This document shows positions 9,750-18,325 of a DNA stretch of 64,000 nt, in pieces. A model generated the notes under the pieces. The model was not told where the DNA came from and made no database searches. It was given only the letters and a program-made list of their open reading frames with translations. Each line of letters opens with the position of its first letter. The stretch's first letter is position 1. Source of the stretch: an uncultured Anaerolineales bacterium (lineage in GTDB: Bacteria; Chloroflexota; Anaerolineae; CG2-30-64-16); the NCBI GenBank assembly GCA_964387985.1, contig CAYLZG010000001.1, forward strand, positions 438-64,437. The letters run 5' to 3'. Made by a program: the position numbers and the translations under genes.

Positions 9750-11288
9750 CTAGATGCCCTCTTGAAGTACTTTGCGGAACAGATAGTCCACGTCGTAGTT
9801 CTCGCTCAGCATGCGCGGGAAGACCGGCGTGGCGAATCGAAACAAAGGGCCGCGCGAAGTGAACGTGCCGGCCAGTTCCAGGTTACGACAAGCCAGATCC
9901 AGATCGGAAAGCGGAATCTCAACCCCGCGGCGTTCCAAAGCCCCGTCGATCTGCTGCACGCCGAAGGGATGCTCTGCGCCCAGGTCGGCCATTACGGCGA
10001 ACACGATGGCCTTTTCCAGATGGGTCGTGTTATCCATGAAGGTGCTCAGCACAAACGCCCGGAAGTCGTCATTGCCGTACACATCGAACAGGCTCTCAGG
10101 CGACACTCTCCGGCTGCCGTCGCGGTCCAGGCGCTCCACGAGGATGCTGCAGTAGAACTGGATCAGGTTCGGCTGGCCGGCGGTTTCATCGAAAACACGA
10201 TTGACAACATCGTTCCGGCGCTCGAATTGAACACCCAGCCGCTCGAGAGGTCCGAGGATCATCGCGGCAGCCTGTTCTCGACTGAATTCTTTAAGCCGGA
10301 CCGGCCTGGCGAAGTTGTACAACGGTGAATCGAGATCGCTGAATGCGCGCATCACCTCGCGAAAGCCGCCGACGATGTAGCGTGAGTGACCCTGGTTGCT
10401 GGACGCGCGCAGTGCATTGAGCAGAGCATCATCCTCATAATGCCATGTGAGCACCTTATCGAATTCGTCGAGGAAGAATACGATGGGGCCACCGTAGCGC
10501 TGCGACATCCTTTGGAGGAAATCGGGAAAGAAGATGGGATACTGCTTGGACGAGAGGCGCGTCAGTTCCTGGGGCCGCAGCTTGCGCACGACCTCCTGGA
10601 TGAAGTTATTCGGCGACGCGATCGCACTGCAATCCATGAAGATGATGCGCTCCAGGGATTCCTCGCTTTCCGCATCTTGCGCCTGTTCCTTGAGCTGCCG
10701 CTCGATCTCGCGCATCAACGATGTCTTGCCGATGCGCCGGATCCCCATGATCGCAAAGTTGCTGTCAGGTGTCTGGAGAATGCGACGCACCTCGAACTCG
10801 CGGCCGAAGAATCGCGAGCCAGTGACAGGCTTGCTGGTCTCGTAAGGCGTAAGCAGGGAGAGATCCAGCTGTGGCGCAAGGCGATCGAGCAGCTCGCCCG
10901 AAGGCCGGCGCGACTCGCGTATGGCCCGAACGTCCGTCTCATCCAGCACCAACAGCGGCTGGTAGGTGGCACGCAACTGCTCCTTCAGCGCGTCTCCCGG
11001 ACCCTGCACGACAAGAATGGTGTTTCGCTCTGCCAGCGACTGCGCGCGCACCAGGTCGGTGAGCCCCTGGGCCAGGTCGCGCGCGCTCATCTCTGCCAGG
11101 TCCGACTCCTTCACATAGATCAGGGGCGTGCGGTCGGAGAAACGCAGCTTCCAATCCGACAAGTCGACCAGGTACAGATCATAGCCCAGCACTTCTTTGT
11201 GCAGCTTGACCTTGTGCCCGAGGGTCCCATCAAGCAACTGCAGGAATTCCGGCATCGACTGACGCCACGAGGTTTTGACCGCGGTCAT
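9750..11288 (-). CDS. P-loop NTPase (ORC/Cdc6- or STAND-like, archaeal-ATPase type) with an unassigned ~160-aa N-terminal domain
   Basis: Walker A is IMGIRRIGKTSL and Walker B is VFFLDEFD. Helical/winged-helix-like C-terminal region. SD GAGGGGAG lies 5 nt before the ATG. Confidence 0.75.
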   Translation of the reverse strand: MTAVKTSWRQSMPEFLQLLDGTLGHKVKLHKEVLGYDLYLVDLSDWKLRFSDRTPLIYVKESDLAEMSARDLAQGLTDLVRAQSLAERNTILVVQGPGDALKEQLRATYQPLLVLDETDVRAIRESRRPSGELLDRLAPQLDLSLLTPYETSKPVTGSRFFGREFEVRRILQTPDSNFAIMGIRRIGKTSLMREIERQLKEQAQDAESEESLERIIFMDCSAIASPNNFIQEVVRKLRPQELTRLSSKQYPIFFPDFLQRMSQRYGGPIVFFLDEFDKVLTWHYEDDALLNALRASSNQGHSRYIVGGFREVMRAFSDLDSPLYNFARPVRLKEFSREQAAAMILGPLERLGVQFERRNDVVNRVFDETAGQPNLIQFYCSILVERLDRDGSRRVSPESLFDVYGNDDFRAFVLSTFMDNTTHLEKAIVFAVMADLGAEHPFGVQQIDGALERRGVEIPLSDLDLACRNLELAGTFTSRGPLFRFATPVFPRMLSENYDVDYLFRKVLQEGI

Positions 11289-11315
11289 AGCGCTCCCCTC
11301 AATCGCATCGATCCT

Positions 11316-12704
11316 CTACGTCTCCAACAACAACGGCTCACGAGCGGTGCTCATGCGAACCAGGTCGAACTGAACCATCACCCAACACAGGCGGGGCAGC
11401 ACCACCGCAGGAATGCCCACCTGTTCGGCAAGAGAGATCACCCGTTCTTTGCTGAGCGAACTGCCGTTTTCGGGAAGCAGATCATAGAGACGGGCGGCGA
11501 GGCGCGCCGTTTGCTCGACACCGATCGGCGCGCTGTCCCAACGACCACGACCGGCATTCCACACGCAGGTGAGCCGGCCGGCTTCACGCTCGGTGCGGGC
11601 TGCGCTGCGCCCGACCTGGGCTACGCTCTCCCACCAACCGACAGGCACGGTTGTGCTGCGATGGTCGAGCCGCCAGTCACCTTCATTGATACGCCAGTCG
11701 CCGCGTTTCATGATGAGCCGGCCATTGACATAAACAGTCGGCTTCTTGACTATCATATCGCAATGGACCACCGATTCGACATCGCCGCCCAGGCCTGCAC
11801 TGTTGCCGAGCGCGATGTGGATCGTGTGATCCTTCTTCTCATCCACGACACCCACGCCTGTTAGCTCGTGCACGGCCGGATTCAGGCCAAAGCCGACTTC
11901 GGCGAGATTCGACCAGTTGGTATCGCCCCGGCGCTCGGCATGAGAAAACTGCGACTCAGAGAGGTAGCGCGCAACCGGGCTGTCCCCCGGCTCAATCGCC
12001 GCCAGCCTGCCCTCGCGGAACGTCAGCAGCATTTCCTCGCCCGGACCAAGCACCTTGCCGGGAACAGAGCCATTGATCACAATGCAGCCATCGCCATCGC
12101 GGGGCACAAAATTGACCTCGCCGGGCGGAAGTGTGCTCCACGAGCCTTCGCGAATCACACCGTCATTGATACCCGGCGGATAGGCCCAGCCGCCCACCCT
12201 CACATTAAGCCGGTGCTCACGGCGGCGGCTGTCCGTCGTCACGATTTCGATCCGCTTGCCCAGGATCAGGGCCAGGCTGAGAATCTGGGCCTGCTCGCCG
12301 ATTGCGGCATAGTCCGTGTCCACCGTTTTCAGCATCTCGACGTTCAGACCCGGGGCATGGGCCAGCTTGGCCCGGCGGCCCCAACTGGCATGCAACACGC
12401 GCATCCGGTAGTGCAGATGCTCGGGGTGATCGGACAGGCAGCTCAAAATCGCATCCGCTTCGCGCACCGCCGCCTCAGTAGGCAGCGGCAGGCTTTCAAA
12501 GGGTCCCATGTCGAGCTGCAACACCCGCGGCACAAAAAAGGCGGTCGTTGAAATGCGGAGATCGCGCGCGACCCGCGCCACAATCTCGATCACGTCCAGC
12601 GATGCAACGTCCGCAAAAACCAGCAGGTTCTGATCCCGTCTCAGGCCGAAAGAGCCGACCAGGAGGTTATGTACGGCGCGGGACAGCTTGGCATTGTCAG
12701 TCAC
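11316..12704 (-). CDS. M29 (aminopeptidase T/PepS)-like protein with an extra ~100-aa C-terminal extension
   Basis: The pattern LPPGEVNFVP..DG.IVINGSV...FREGRL...NLAEVGFGLNP...VVDEKKDHTIHIALGN matches the M29 thermophilic metalloprotease family as I remember it. GTG start with GGAG 6 nt upstream, 3 nt after the stop of the upstream gene. Confidence 0.65.
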   Translation of the reverse strand: MTDNAKLSRAVHNLLVGSFGLRRDQNLLVFADVASLDVIEIVARVARDLRISTTAFFVPRVLQLDMGPFESLPLPTEAAVREADAILSCLSDHPEHLHYRMRVLHASWGRRAKLAHAPGLNVEMLKTVDTDYAAIGEQAQILSLALILGKRIEIVTTDSRRREHRLNVRVGGWAYPPGINDGVIREGSWSTLPPGEVNFVPRDGDGCIVINGSVPGKVLGPGEEMLLTFREGRLAAIEPGDSPVARYLSESQFSHAERRGDTNWSNLAEVGFGLNPAVHELTGVGVVDEKKDHTIHIALGNSAGLGGDVESVVHCDMIVKKPTVYVNGRLIMKRGDWRINEGDWRLDHRSTTVPVGWWESVAQVGRSAARTEREAGRLTCVWNAGRGRWDSAPIGVEQTARLAARLYDLLPENGSSLSKERVISLAEQVGIPAVVLPRLCWVMVQFDLVRMSTAREPLLLET

Positions 12705-12707
12705 GAA

Positions 12708-13664
12708 CTACTCCAGGACTTTCGTGATCGTCGAGTCGCCCGCCATTGCTTCAAGCACCGGCAGGCCGAACCCTTCATACTCGCTGAGAAACAACACGCC
12801 TTCTGCGAGGGCGTAGAGGGCAGGCTTGTCTGCCTCCTCCACCCAACCCGCAAGGTGCACGTGCTCACCCAGACCAAGCTCAGCAACCATCAACCTGGGA
12901 TCCGGCACGACTGCCGAATCGACCGCCGGCAGCCTGCCCGCAATGACGAGCATGGGACAAGGGGTTCCTTCGGCAGAGCAGCGGACAACAAGGCGAGTAT
13001 AGCCCTCAAGCGTCCGCCGGAGGTTCTTGCGCGCGTCAAAGCCACCTAAGTATAACAAAAAAGGCCCTTCGGGCAGCCTGTAGCGGGACCGCACGGCCGC
13101 CAGGTGCTCGGGCGCAGGCGGGATGCTGGCGGACGGCGCAACAGCCAGGTGGATCGCATGAACTCGTTTTGCAGGAATAGACAGATAACGGACGATGTCT
13201 TGACGGCTCGCCTCGGAATCGGTCAGAACGGCCGATGCTCGACGCGCGGTTCGGGACACCAGTCGCGTGTATGCGCGTTGGGCAGCCCCGCCCCGATAAA
13301 GCGGGAGCAGTAAGGGAATCAGATCATGCACAGTCACAACGACCGGGCACGGCCGCCACCAGGGCGAACCCCAGTAGGGCACGAACGCCACATCCGCTTG
13401 ATTTCGAACACATGTTCGCGGAAAGGTCACCTGCTCGAACCAAAGCTTTGCCAGGTCCGGGTTGACCCGATCGAAGGGCGTTGCCACATCAACCACCTGC
13501 CAACCCTCTGGCAACGGGCCTGTGCGCGAATTGGTCCGGGAGCAGACCAGGGTGAGCTGATGAGAGCGGTCCGTACGTGGCAGCGACTCCGCCAGCGCAG
13601 CCAGATACTGTCCGCTTCCAGCAGCCATCTGTTCCCAGAACCAACCATTGACGACAATTCGCAT
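12708..13664 (-). CDS. Glycosyltransferase family 4 (GT-B), apparently C-terminally truncated (possible pseudogene)
   Basis: The start is taken at MRIVVNGWFW (13664), which avoids overlap with the upstream GH2 gene. Typical GT4 blocks are present (PFLLYLGGFDARKN, SEYEGFGLPVLEAMA). The ORF stops 10 residues after EAMA, where homologues normally continue for several dozen residues. Confidence 0.7.
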   Translation of the reverse strand: MRIVVNGWFWEQMAAGSGQYLAALAESLPRTDRSHQLTLVCSRTNSRTGPLPEGWQVVDVATPFDRVNPDLAKLWFEQVTFPRTCVRNQADVAFVPYWGSPWWRPCPVVVTVHDLIPLLLPLYRGGAAQRAYTRLVSRTARRASAVLTDSEASRQDIVRYLSIPAKRVHAIHLAVAPSASIPPAPEHLAAVRSRYRLPEGPFLLYLGGFDARKNLRRTLEGYTRLVVRCSAEGTPCPMLVIAGRLPAVDSAVVPDPRLMVAELGLGEHVHLAGWVEEADKPALYALAEGVLFLSEYEGFGLPVLEAMAGDSTITKVLE

Positions 13665-13702
13665 ATGATTCCCGGAGAGAATAGTCGATCCGAAACGATA
13701 TG

Positions 13703-15988
13703 TCAACCGATTCGCAACATCAGGTCTGCACCCCGGCGCAGCAGCCATGCCCGTACGGTCTGCCGCGGCGGCTGATAGACTCCGAGATCGTAGCAGTTGC
13801 TCGCGATGATACGTTCATTCTCAGCCAGGGCCAGCTCCAGTTGTGACGGACACGCCGCCAGGGTCACGGCAAAGGAGCCCACCAGCTGGGCAGCAAGCGG
13901 GCGGATCACCAGGTCGCCAACTGCCAGGACGACCTCACCGTCCAACGCCGCCTTGACCGCGCATCCCTCGAAGCTTTGGGGCCCGTCGTTGACCCACCAG
14001 ATTTCCGCCTCGAACTTCTCGCCGGGCCGCCACGCACGCCAATCGAACATGGCGGCAATCAGCAGCGGCTGGTACGATCGGCAGAGCATCGCGTATGCGC
14101 CCTTTGGACGCCCATGCCGGTCCACCACTGCCCAGGTCACCGCGGGCCACGGCTCATTGAATTGCCAAAACGCGACGCCGCCACATGGACTTCGGTGCCC
14201 CGAGCCCTCCCTCCTCAGGCGACTGGCCTCGATTCCCCTTTGGAGTCCTGCTGCCTGGGCGCGTTGCGTGGCCCCAATTGTGGCCACCAAGTCACGCTCG
14301 TCCAGCGGCCCGCTGTAATAGCGGATCTTGGCGGCCTGCAGCTTGCGTTGAGCCCAACGCGCATCGTCCAGCGATCGGGGCGCGCTTCCCTCAAAAAAAG
14401 TCCGAACGGTATCCGCATGCGGCAGCGCCTGCAGGCCGAACTCGCTCATAAACGGCGCCCTGACCCGGCCGAGAGATTCCCAGGGCGCCAGGCCGTGCCA
14501 CACATCCCACTGGTGCACGTCGCCCTGCGAAGGCGAGGCAGAAATCCAGGGTCGCGTCCCATCCTCGGCCCCAATCACCTGCTCAATAATACGCAGCGGG
14601 AGCCGTTCACGTCGCGGATTGACCTCATTGCCGCCGCACCAGGCGATCAGGGAAGGACGTCCGCGCAGCGCAGCCACGATGCCCCGGGCTTCGGAAGCGA
14701 GCGCGCCGAGGTACTGCTCATCGCGGGGATAGTGGTCCAAGAACGCACAGGCGAGCGGGAACTCCTGCATGGCCATGATGCCCCGGCGGTCACACTGCTC
14801 CCAGAACGCGGCCTTCTCGCGGATGCCGCCTCCCCAAACGCGCAGGAAGTTGATGCCTGCATCCCGTGCGAGGCCGGCCATGCGCGCGTAATCACTGGGG
14901 CTCACACGGCCGGGCAGGATATCTCCGGGAACCCAGTTGGCGCCACGCAGAAACACGGGACGACCATTGACGATGAAGCGCCATGGATGCCCGTTCGCCA
15001 GCCGGTCGCGTGACACGGAGCGAACCCCCGCCGTGATCTCGATCTCATCCAGGGGGCCGGACTCGTCGTTGATGCGGATGATGATCCGGTAGAGGTGAGG
15101 ATGGCCCTGGTCCCACGGCCACCAGCGTCGCGCGGCGGGCATATCGACGGTGAATGACTGGATCACCTCATCTGTCAGGGCATACGGACCTGCCGTTGCC
15201 CCATCGCCATCGCCTCCGGCATCGCAGATCGCCAGGTCCAGCCAGGGCGCAGCCTCTTGCACTCGCTGAACCCGCACCCGGATGTGCCAGCGGACCGGCG
15301 TCGGATCGCCGGATTCGGACAGTGGTTCAGCCCAGGCCCAGGCGTCGGCGAGGTAGGCACGCCGGCAGCGCACCAATCGGATATCGTCCCAGATGCCGGT
15401 GCTCAGGACGCGCGGAGAGAAGTCCCAACCAAAGCCAAACTGCGCCTTCGGTGTTGCCATCCGGTCGGGAAAGTACTCGGTGGCCATGCCACGCCTGCAC
15501 AACAGGCCGCGCACCACGCGACGTGATCGGGAATCCGTCGGGAGCGGCAGCGCTCCGCCGCCCCAAATCCGAATCGCCAGCTCGTGCGGACCGGCTCCGT
15601 TCAGGTGCGGCGAGAGGACTATCGATTGCCGGGCGAACATGCCGGCATTCTGCGCAAGGCATGCCCCATCGAGCCAGACGCTACTGGCGTAATCGATGCC
15701 GTCTGCCTCCAGCACGACTGTCGTGTCGCTGCCGGCTGCTTCGAGCGTAGTGCGATACCACCAATCGTAATCATCGACCCATGCACTCTGTGCGATGCCC
15801 TCCGGTGTGTCCAGAGAGGTGATGCGACCGGCTGCCAGGAGGTCTGCGCGGATATCGCCCGGAACGCGTGCGGGCAGCCACGAGGCAACCGTTGAACGGT
15901 CGTCGACGGGCTGGAGCATGAATGGTTGGCGGTCGACCTGGCCCACCTGCCAACCAGCGGATGCAAGATCGAGAATGTCACGCGCCAT
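13703..15988 (-). CDS. Glycoside hydrolase family 2 (beta-mannosidase-like)
   Basis: GH2 blocks are WCGGNEVNP (acid/base Glu) and FMSEFGLQALP (nucleophile Glu). The start is moved to the ATG at 15988 (MARDILDL) because a TGcTATCAT extended -10 lies inside the longer GTG-initiated extension. Confidence 0.8.
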   Translation of the reverse strand: MARDILDLASAGWQVGQVDRQPFMLQPVDDRSTVASWLPARVPGDIRADLLAAGRITSLDTPEGIAQSAWVDDYDWWYRTTLEAAGSDTTVVLEADGIDYASSVWLDGACLAQNAGMFARQSIVLSPHLNGAGPHELAIRIWGGGALPLPTDSRSRRVVRGLLCRRGMATEYFPDRMATPKAQFGFGWDFSPRVLSTGIWDDIRLVRCRRAYLADAWAWAEPLSESGDPTPVRWHIRVRVQRVQEAAPWLDLAICDAGGDGDGATAGPYALTDEVIQSFTVDMPAARRWWPWDQGHPHLYRIIIRINDESGPLDEIEITAGVRSVSRDRLANGHPWRFIVNGRPVFLRGANWVPGDILPGRVSPSDYARMAGLARDAGINFLRVWGGGIREKAAFWEQCDRRGIMAMQEFPLACAFLDHYPRDEQYLGALASEARGIVAALRGRPSLIAWCGGNEVNPRRERLPLRIIEQVIGAEDGTRPWISASPSQGDVHQWDVWHGLAPWESLGRVRAPFMSEFGLQALPHADTVRTFFEGSAPRSLDDARWAQRKLQAAKIRYYSGPLDERDLVATIGATQRAQAAGLQRGIEASRLRREGSGHRSPCGGVAFWQFNEPWPAVTWAVVDRHGRPKGAYAMLCRSYQPLLIAAMFDWRAWRPGEKFEAEIWWVNDGPQSFEGCAVKAALDGEVVLAVGDLVIRPLAAQLVGSFAVTLAACPSQLELALAENERIIASNCYDLGVYQPPRQTVRAWLLRRGADLMLRIG

Positions 15989-15999
15989 GTGAGACCGGC

Positions 16000-16008
16000 A
16001 TGATAGCA
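16000..16008 (-). promoter_or_regulatory. Extended -10 promoter (TGcTATCAT) for the GH2-GT4-cassette operon; very short leader
   Basis: The minus strand reads TGCTATCAT. There are 11 nt between the hexamer and the ATG at 15988. Confidence 0.5.
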
Positions 16009-16046
16009 CAGCGAAAGGAAGCACAGGAAAACGGAAGAGAGATGCC

Positions 16047-16075
16047 TTGGGAGCGGACGTGCGGTGTGCTATACT
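16047..16075 (+). promoter_or_regulatory. Sigma70-type promoter TTGGGA-17-TGcTATACT for the M50 protease operon
   Basis: The -35 TTGGGA is at 16047-16052, the spacer is 17 nt, TG is at 16067-68 and the -10 TATACT is at 16070-16075. Confidence 0.6.
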
Positions 16076-16104
16076 GGCCGCAAGAATGCCAACTGGAGTA
16101 TCCT

Positions 16105-16737
16105 TTGTACGATCTTGATCTCCCGACCCTTCTGGCGAAACTCGTCATTCTGCTGGTCGGGTTTCCGATTCATGAACTGGCACACGCCTGGGTGGCGCAC
16201 AAGCTCGGCGACAACACTGCGAAATACCAGGGCCGGTTGACGCTCAATCCGCTCAAGCACCTTGATCCCCTGGGATCGCTGTTGCTGCTTGTCAGCGTCA
16301 TCGGTTGGGCTAAGCCTGTGCCCGTCAATCCATACAACCTGCGCTATGGACCCCGCGTCGGCCATGCGATCGTCTCGGCGGCCGGCCCGCTGAGCAACCT
16401 GCTGATGGCCGCGCTCATCGCAGTTCCCTGGCGGCTGGGGCTCTTTGCGGATGCTTCACCGGGAGTCGTGCGCTTCGCGATCATCTTTGTCGGTGTGAAC
16501 GTCGCACTCTTCCTCTTCAATCTCATCCCGCTGGCGCCGCTGGACGGAAACAGCGTGCTCAGCGGAGTCGTTGGAGAGAGCGCAGCGCGTATGCTGCGGC
16601 CATTGCAGGCTTATGGCCCTCTCATCCTGATGGGCCTGTTCATGTTGAGCTGGGTGTCGCCGCAGCTTAACATCCTTGGTCGCTACCTGGGACAAGGCGT
16701 CACCAGCGTCTCCAGGTTTCTGCTGGGCATCCAGTGA
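16105..16737 (+). CDS. Site-2 protease family (M50) zinc metalloprotease
   Basis: HELAHAWVAHKLGDNTAKYQGRLTLNPLKHLDPLGS (HExxH plus the conserved RLTLNPL block). Polytopic. Start placed at the TTG at 16105 (GGAG 6 nt upstream), downstream of the predicted promoter. The ATG at 16042 would lie upstream of the -10. Confidence 0.8.
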   Translation: MYDLDLPTLLAKLVILLVGFPIHELAHAWVAHKLGDNTAKYQGRLTLNPLKHLDPLGSLLLLVSVIGWAKPVPVNPYNLRYGPRVGHAIVSAAGPLSNLLMAALIAVPWRLGLFADASPGVVRFAIIFVGVNVALFLFNLIPLAPLDGNSVLSGVVGESAARMLRPLQAYGPLILMGLFMLSWVSPQLNILGRYLGQGVTSVSRFLLGIQ

Positions 16738-17291
16738 GTGCCATTCTGCCGCGCCGCGCCGCCTATCGCGTTCAGCAGTTCGGTCGGGCGCTCCTGGCTG
16801 CCTGGCGCGCGCCGGATCAGGCGGAGCTTGTAGAAGCGCGGCGCTGGCTGCCGGCGTCAGGCTGGCAGCTATTTGCAGAGATGCCGCGGCCGGAGCAGCG
16901 ACACGCGCTGAACGTGTGGCATTCGTTGAAATCAGCGGGGTATGAGCAATCCGAGCTGGCGCAGGCGGCGCTCCTGCACGATGTCGCCAAATATCGCGGG
17001 GGCGTCAAGCTGTTTCACCGGGTGGCCGTCGTCCTGATCAAGGCCTTTGCGCCCGGTATATGGCAGCAATTGAAGGAGCTGGCCGAACCGTCACGCACAG
17101 ATTGGCGTTACCCGCTCTGGGCGCATGCCAACCACCCAGCGGGCAGCGCAGCCCTCGCCGCAGCCGCCGGCTGCTCACCCGAGGCCGTCGACCTGATCCG
17201 CCGGCACCAGGAAGTTCTGGCGCCTTCACAATCCCACACCCCGGCTGAAACACTCCTCGCAGCGTTGCAGGCCGCGGATGATGAGAACTAG
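16734..17291 (+). CDS. HD-domain protein (metal-dependent phosphohydrolase)
   Basis: The HDVAKY motif is present. The GTG start overlaps the M50 stop (GTGA). Confidence 0.6.
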   Translation: MSAILPRRAAYRVQQFGRALLAAWRAPDQAELVEARRWLPASGWQLFAEMPRPEQRHALNVWHSLKSAGYEQSELAQAALLHDVAKYRGGVKLFHRVAVVLIKAFAPGIWQQLKELAEPSRTDWRYPLWAHANHPAGSAALAAAAGCSPEAVDLIRRHQEVLAPSQSHTPAETLLAALQAADDEN

Positions 17292-17303
17292 AAAGAGCAC
17301 ACC

Positions 17304-18305
17304 ATGCCTGACAAACTAAATGTTGGAATCGTGGGCCTCGGCCTCGTTGGTGCATCCGCCGGTCTGGCGCTGCACAGGTTTCCGGAAAAAGTGACCGTGG
17401 TCGGTCATGACCGCAGCCCTGAGGTCGCGAGCACTGCGAAGAGGCTCGGCGCGGTAGATCGCACAGAATGGAACCTGATCAGCACGGTGGCAAAGGCAGA
17501 CCGGATCATTCTGGCGCTGCCGCTCGAGGAGATGCGCGACACCTTGGACGCGATCAAGCAGGATCTGCGACCGGGCTGCGTCATCATCGATACCGCGAAC
17601 GTAAAGGGACCGGTGATGGAGTGGGCGGCCGAATTGCTGCCGCCTGAAGTCCACTTCGTCGGCGGCCATCCTATCGTACTGACAGATCGCCTGGATGTTG
17701 ATGGCGCGCGGGCCAACCTTTTCGAGAACAGGCTCTTCTGCCTCACGCCAGACAACCGCACCGATGACACCGCCGTTCGCCTGGCCGCGGATGTCATCGA
17801 AGCCATGGGCGCCAAGCCCTTCTTCATGGACGCGCAGGAACACGATGGCCTGGCTGCCGCGGTGGAGCATCTGCCCTCGCTTCTCGCCGCTGCCCTCCTG
17901 ACAGTCACCTCCCGTAGCGCCGGGTGGCAGGACATGCGGAAGCTTGCAGGCAACCAGTACTATGCCAGCACACTGATGCTGTCGGGATCAGGGAAGGATG
18001 CCATTGCGGGGCCGCGGGCAAATCGAGAGCATGTCGTTCATTGGCTGGATGCCCTGATCGAAGAGCTGTCAGCGTATCGGGAGCAGTTGCTGGCCGAAGA
18101 GCCCACGGATCTCGTAGCAGATATCGATCGCGGCCTGGCTGCCGGGCACGGTTGGCTGGCTGCCAGCCTGAGCGGCAACTGGGATGCCGAAGGGCCGCGG
18201 CCGGAAGTTCCCACCGCTGGCTCAGCGTTCCGCGATATGTTCTTCGGAGGCCTGGGCAGGCACCGCGAAAGAACAAAACAAGGCGAACAGAAAGCGCGAA
18301 AATAG
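17304..18305 (+). CDS. tyrA: Prephenate/arogenate dehydrogenase
   Basis: N-terminal Rossmann VGIVGLGLVGASAGLAL. The middle HPI..T and C-terminal dimerisation-domain layout is typical of TyrA. Confidence 0.75.
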   Translation: MPDKLNVGIVGLGLVGASAGLALHRFPEKVTVVGHDRSPEVASTAKRLGAVDRTEWNLISTVAKADRIILALPLEEMRDTLDAIKQDLRPGCVIIDTANVKGPVMEWAAELLPPEVHFVGGHPIVLTDRLDVDGARANLFENRLFCLTPDNRTDDTAVRLAADVIEAMGAKPFFMDAQEHDGLAAAVEHLPSLLAAALLTVTSRSAGWQDMRKLAGNQYYASTLMLSGSGKDAIAGPRANREHVVHWLDALIEELSAYREQLLAEEPTDLVADIDRGLAAGHGWLAASLSGNWDAEGPRPEVPTAGSAFRDMFFGGLGRHRERTKQGEQKARK

Positions 18306-18325
18306 GAAGGCGGGTCGGGCGCTCG

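Noticed and set aside
11100-11200. Possible PD-(D/E)xK nuclease motif (GYDLYLVDLSDWK) in the N-terminal domain of the 512-aa NTPase
   Set aside because: The spacing between the acidic residues and the DxK is too short, and the context is unsupported without a profile or structure. It is left as an unassigned domain.
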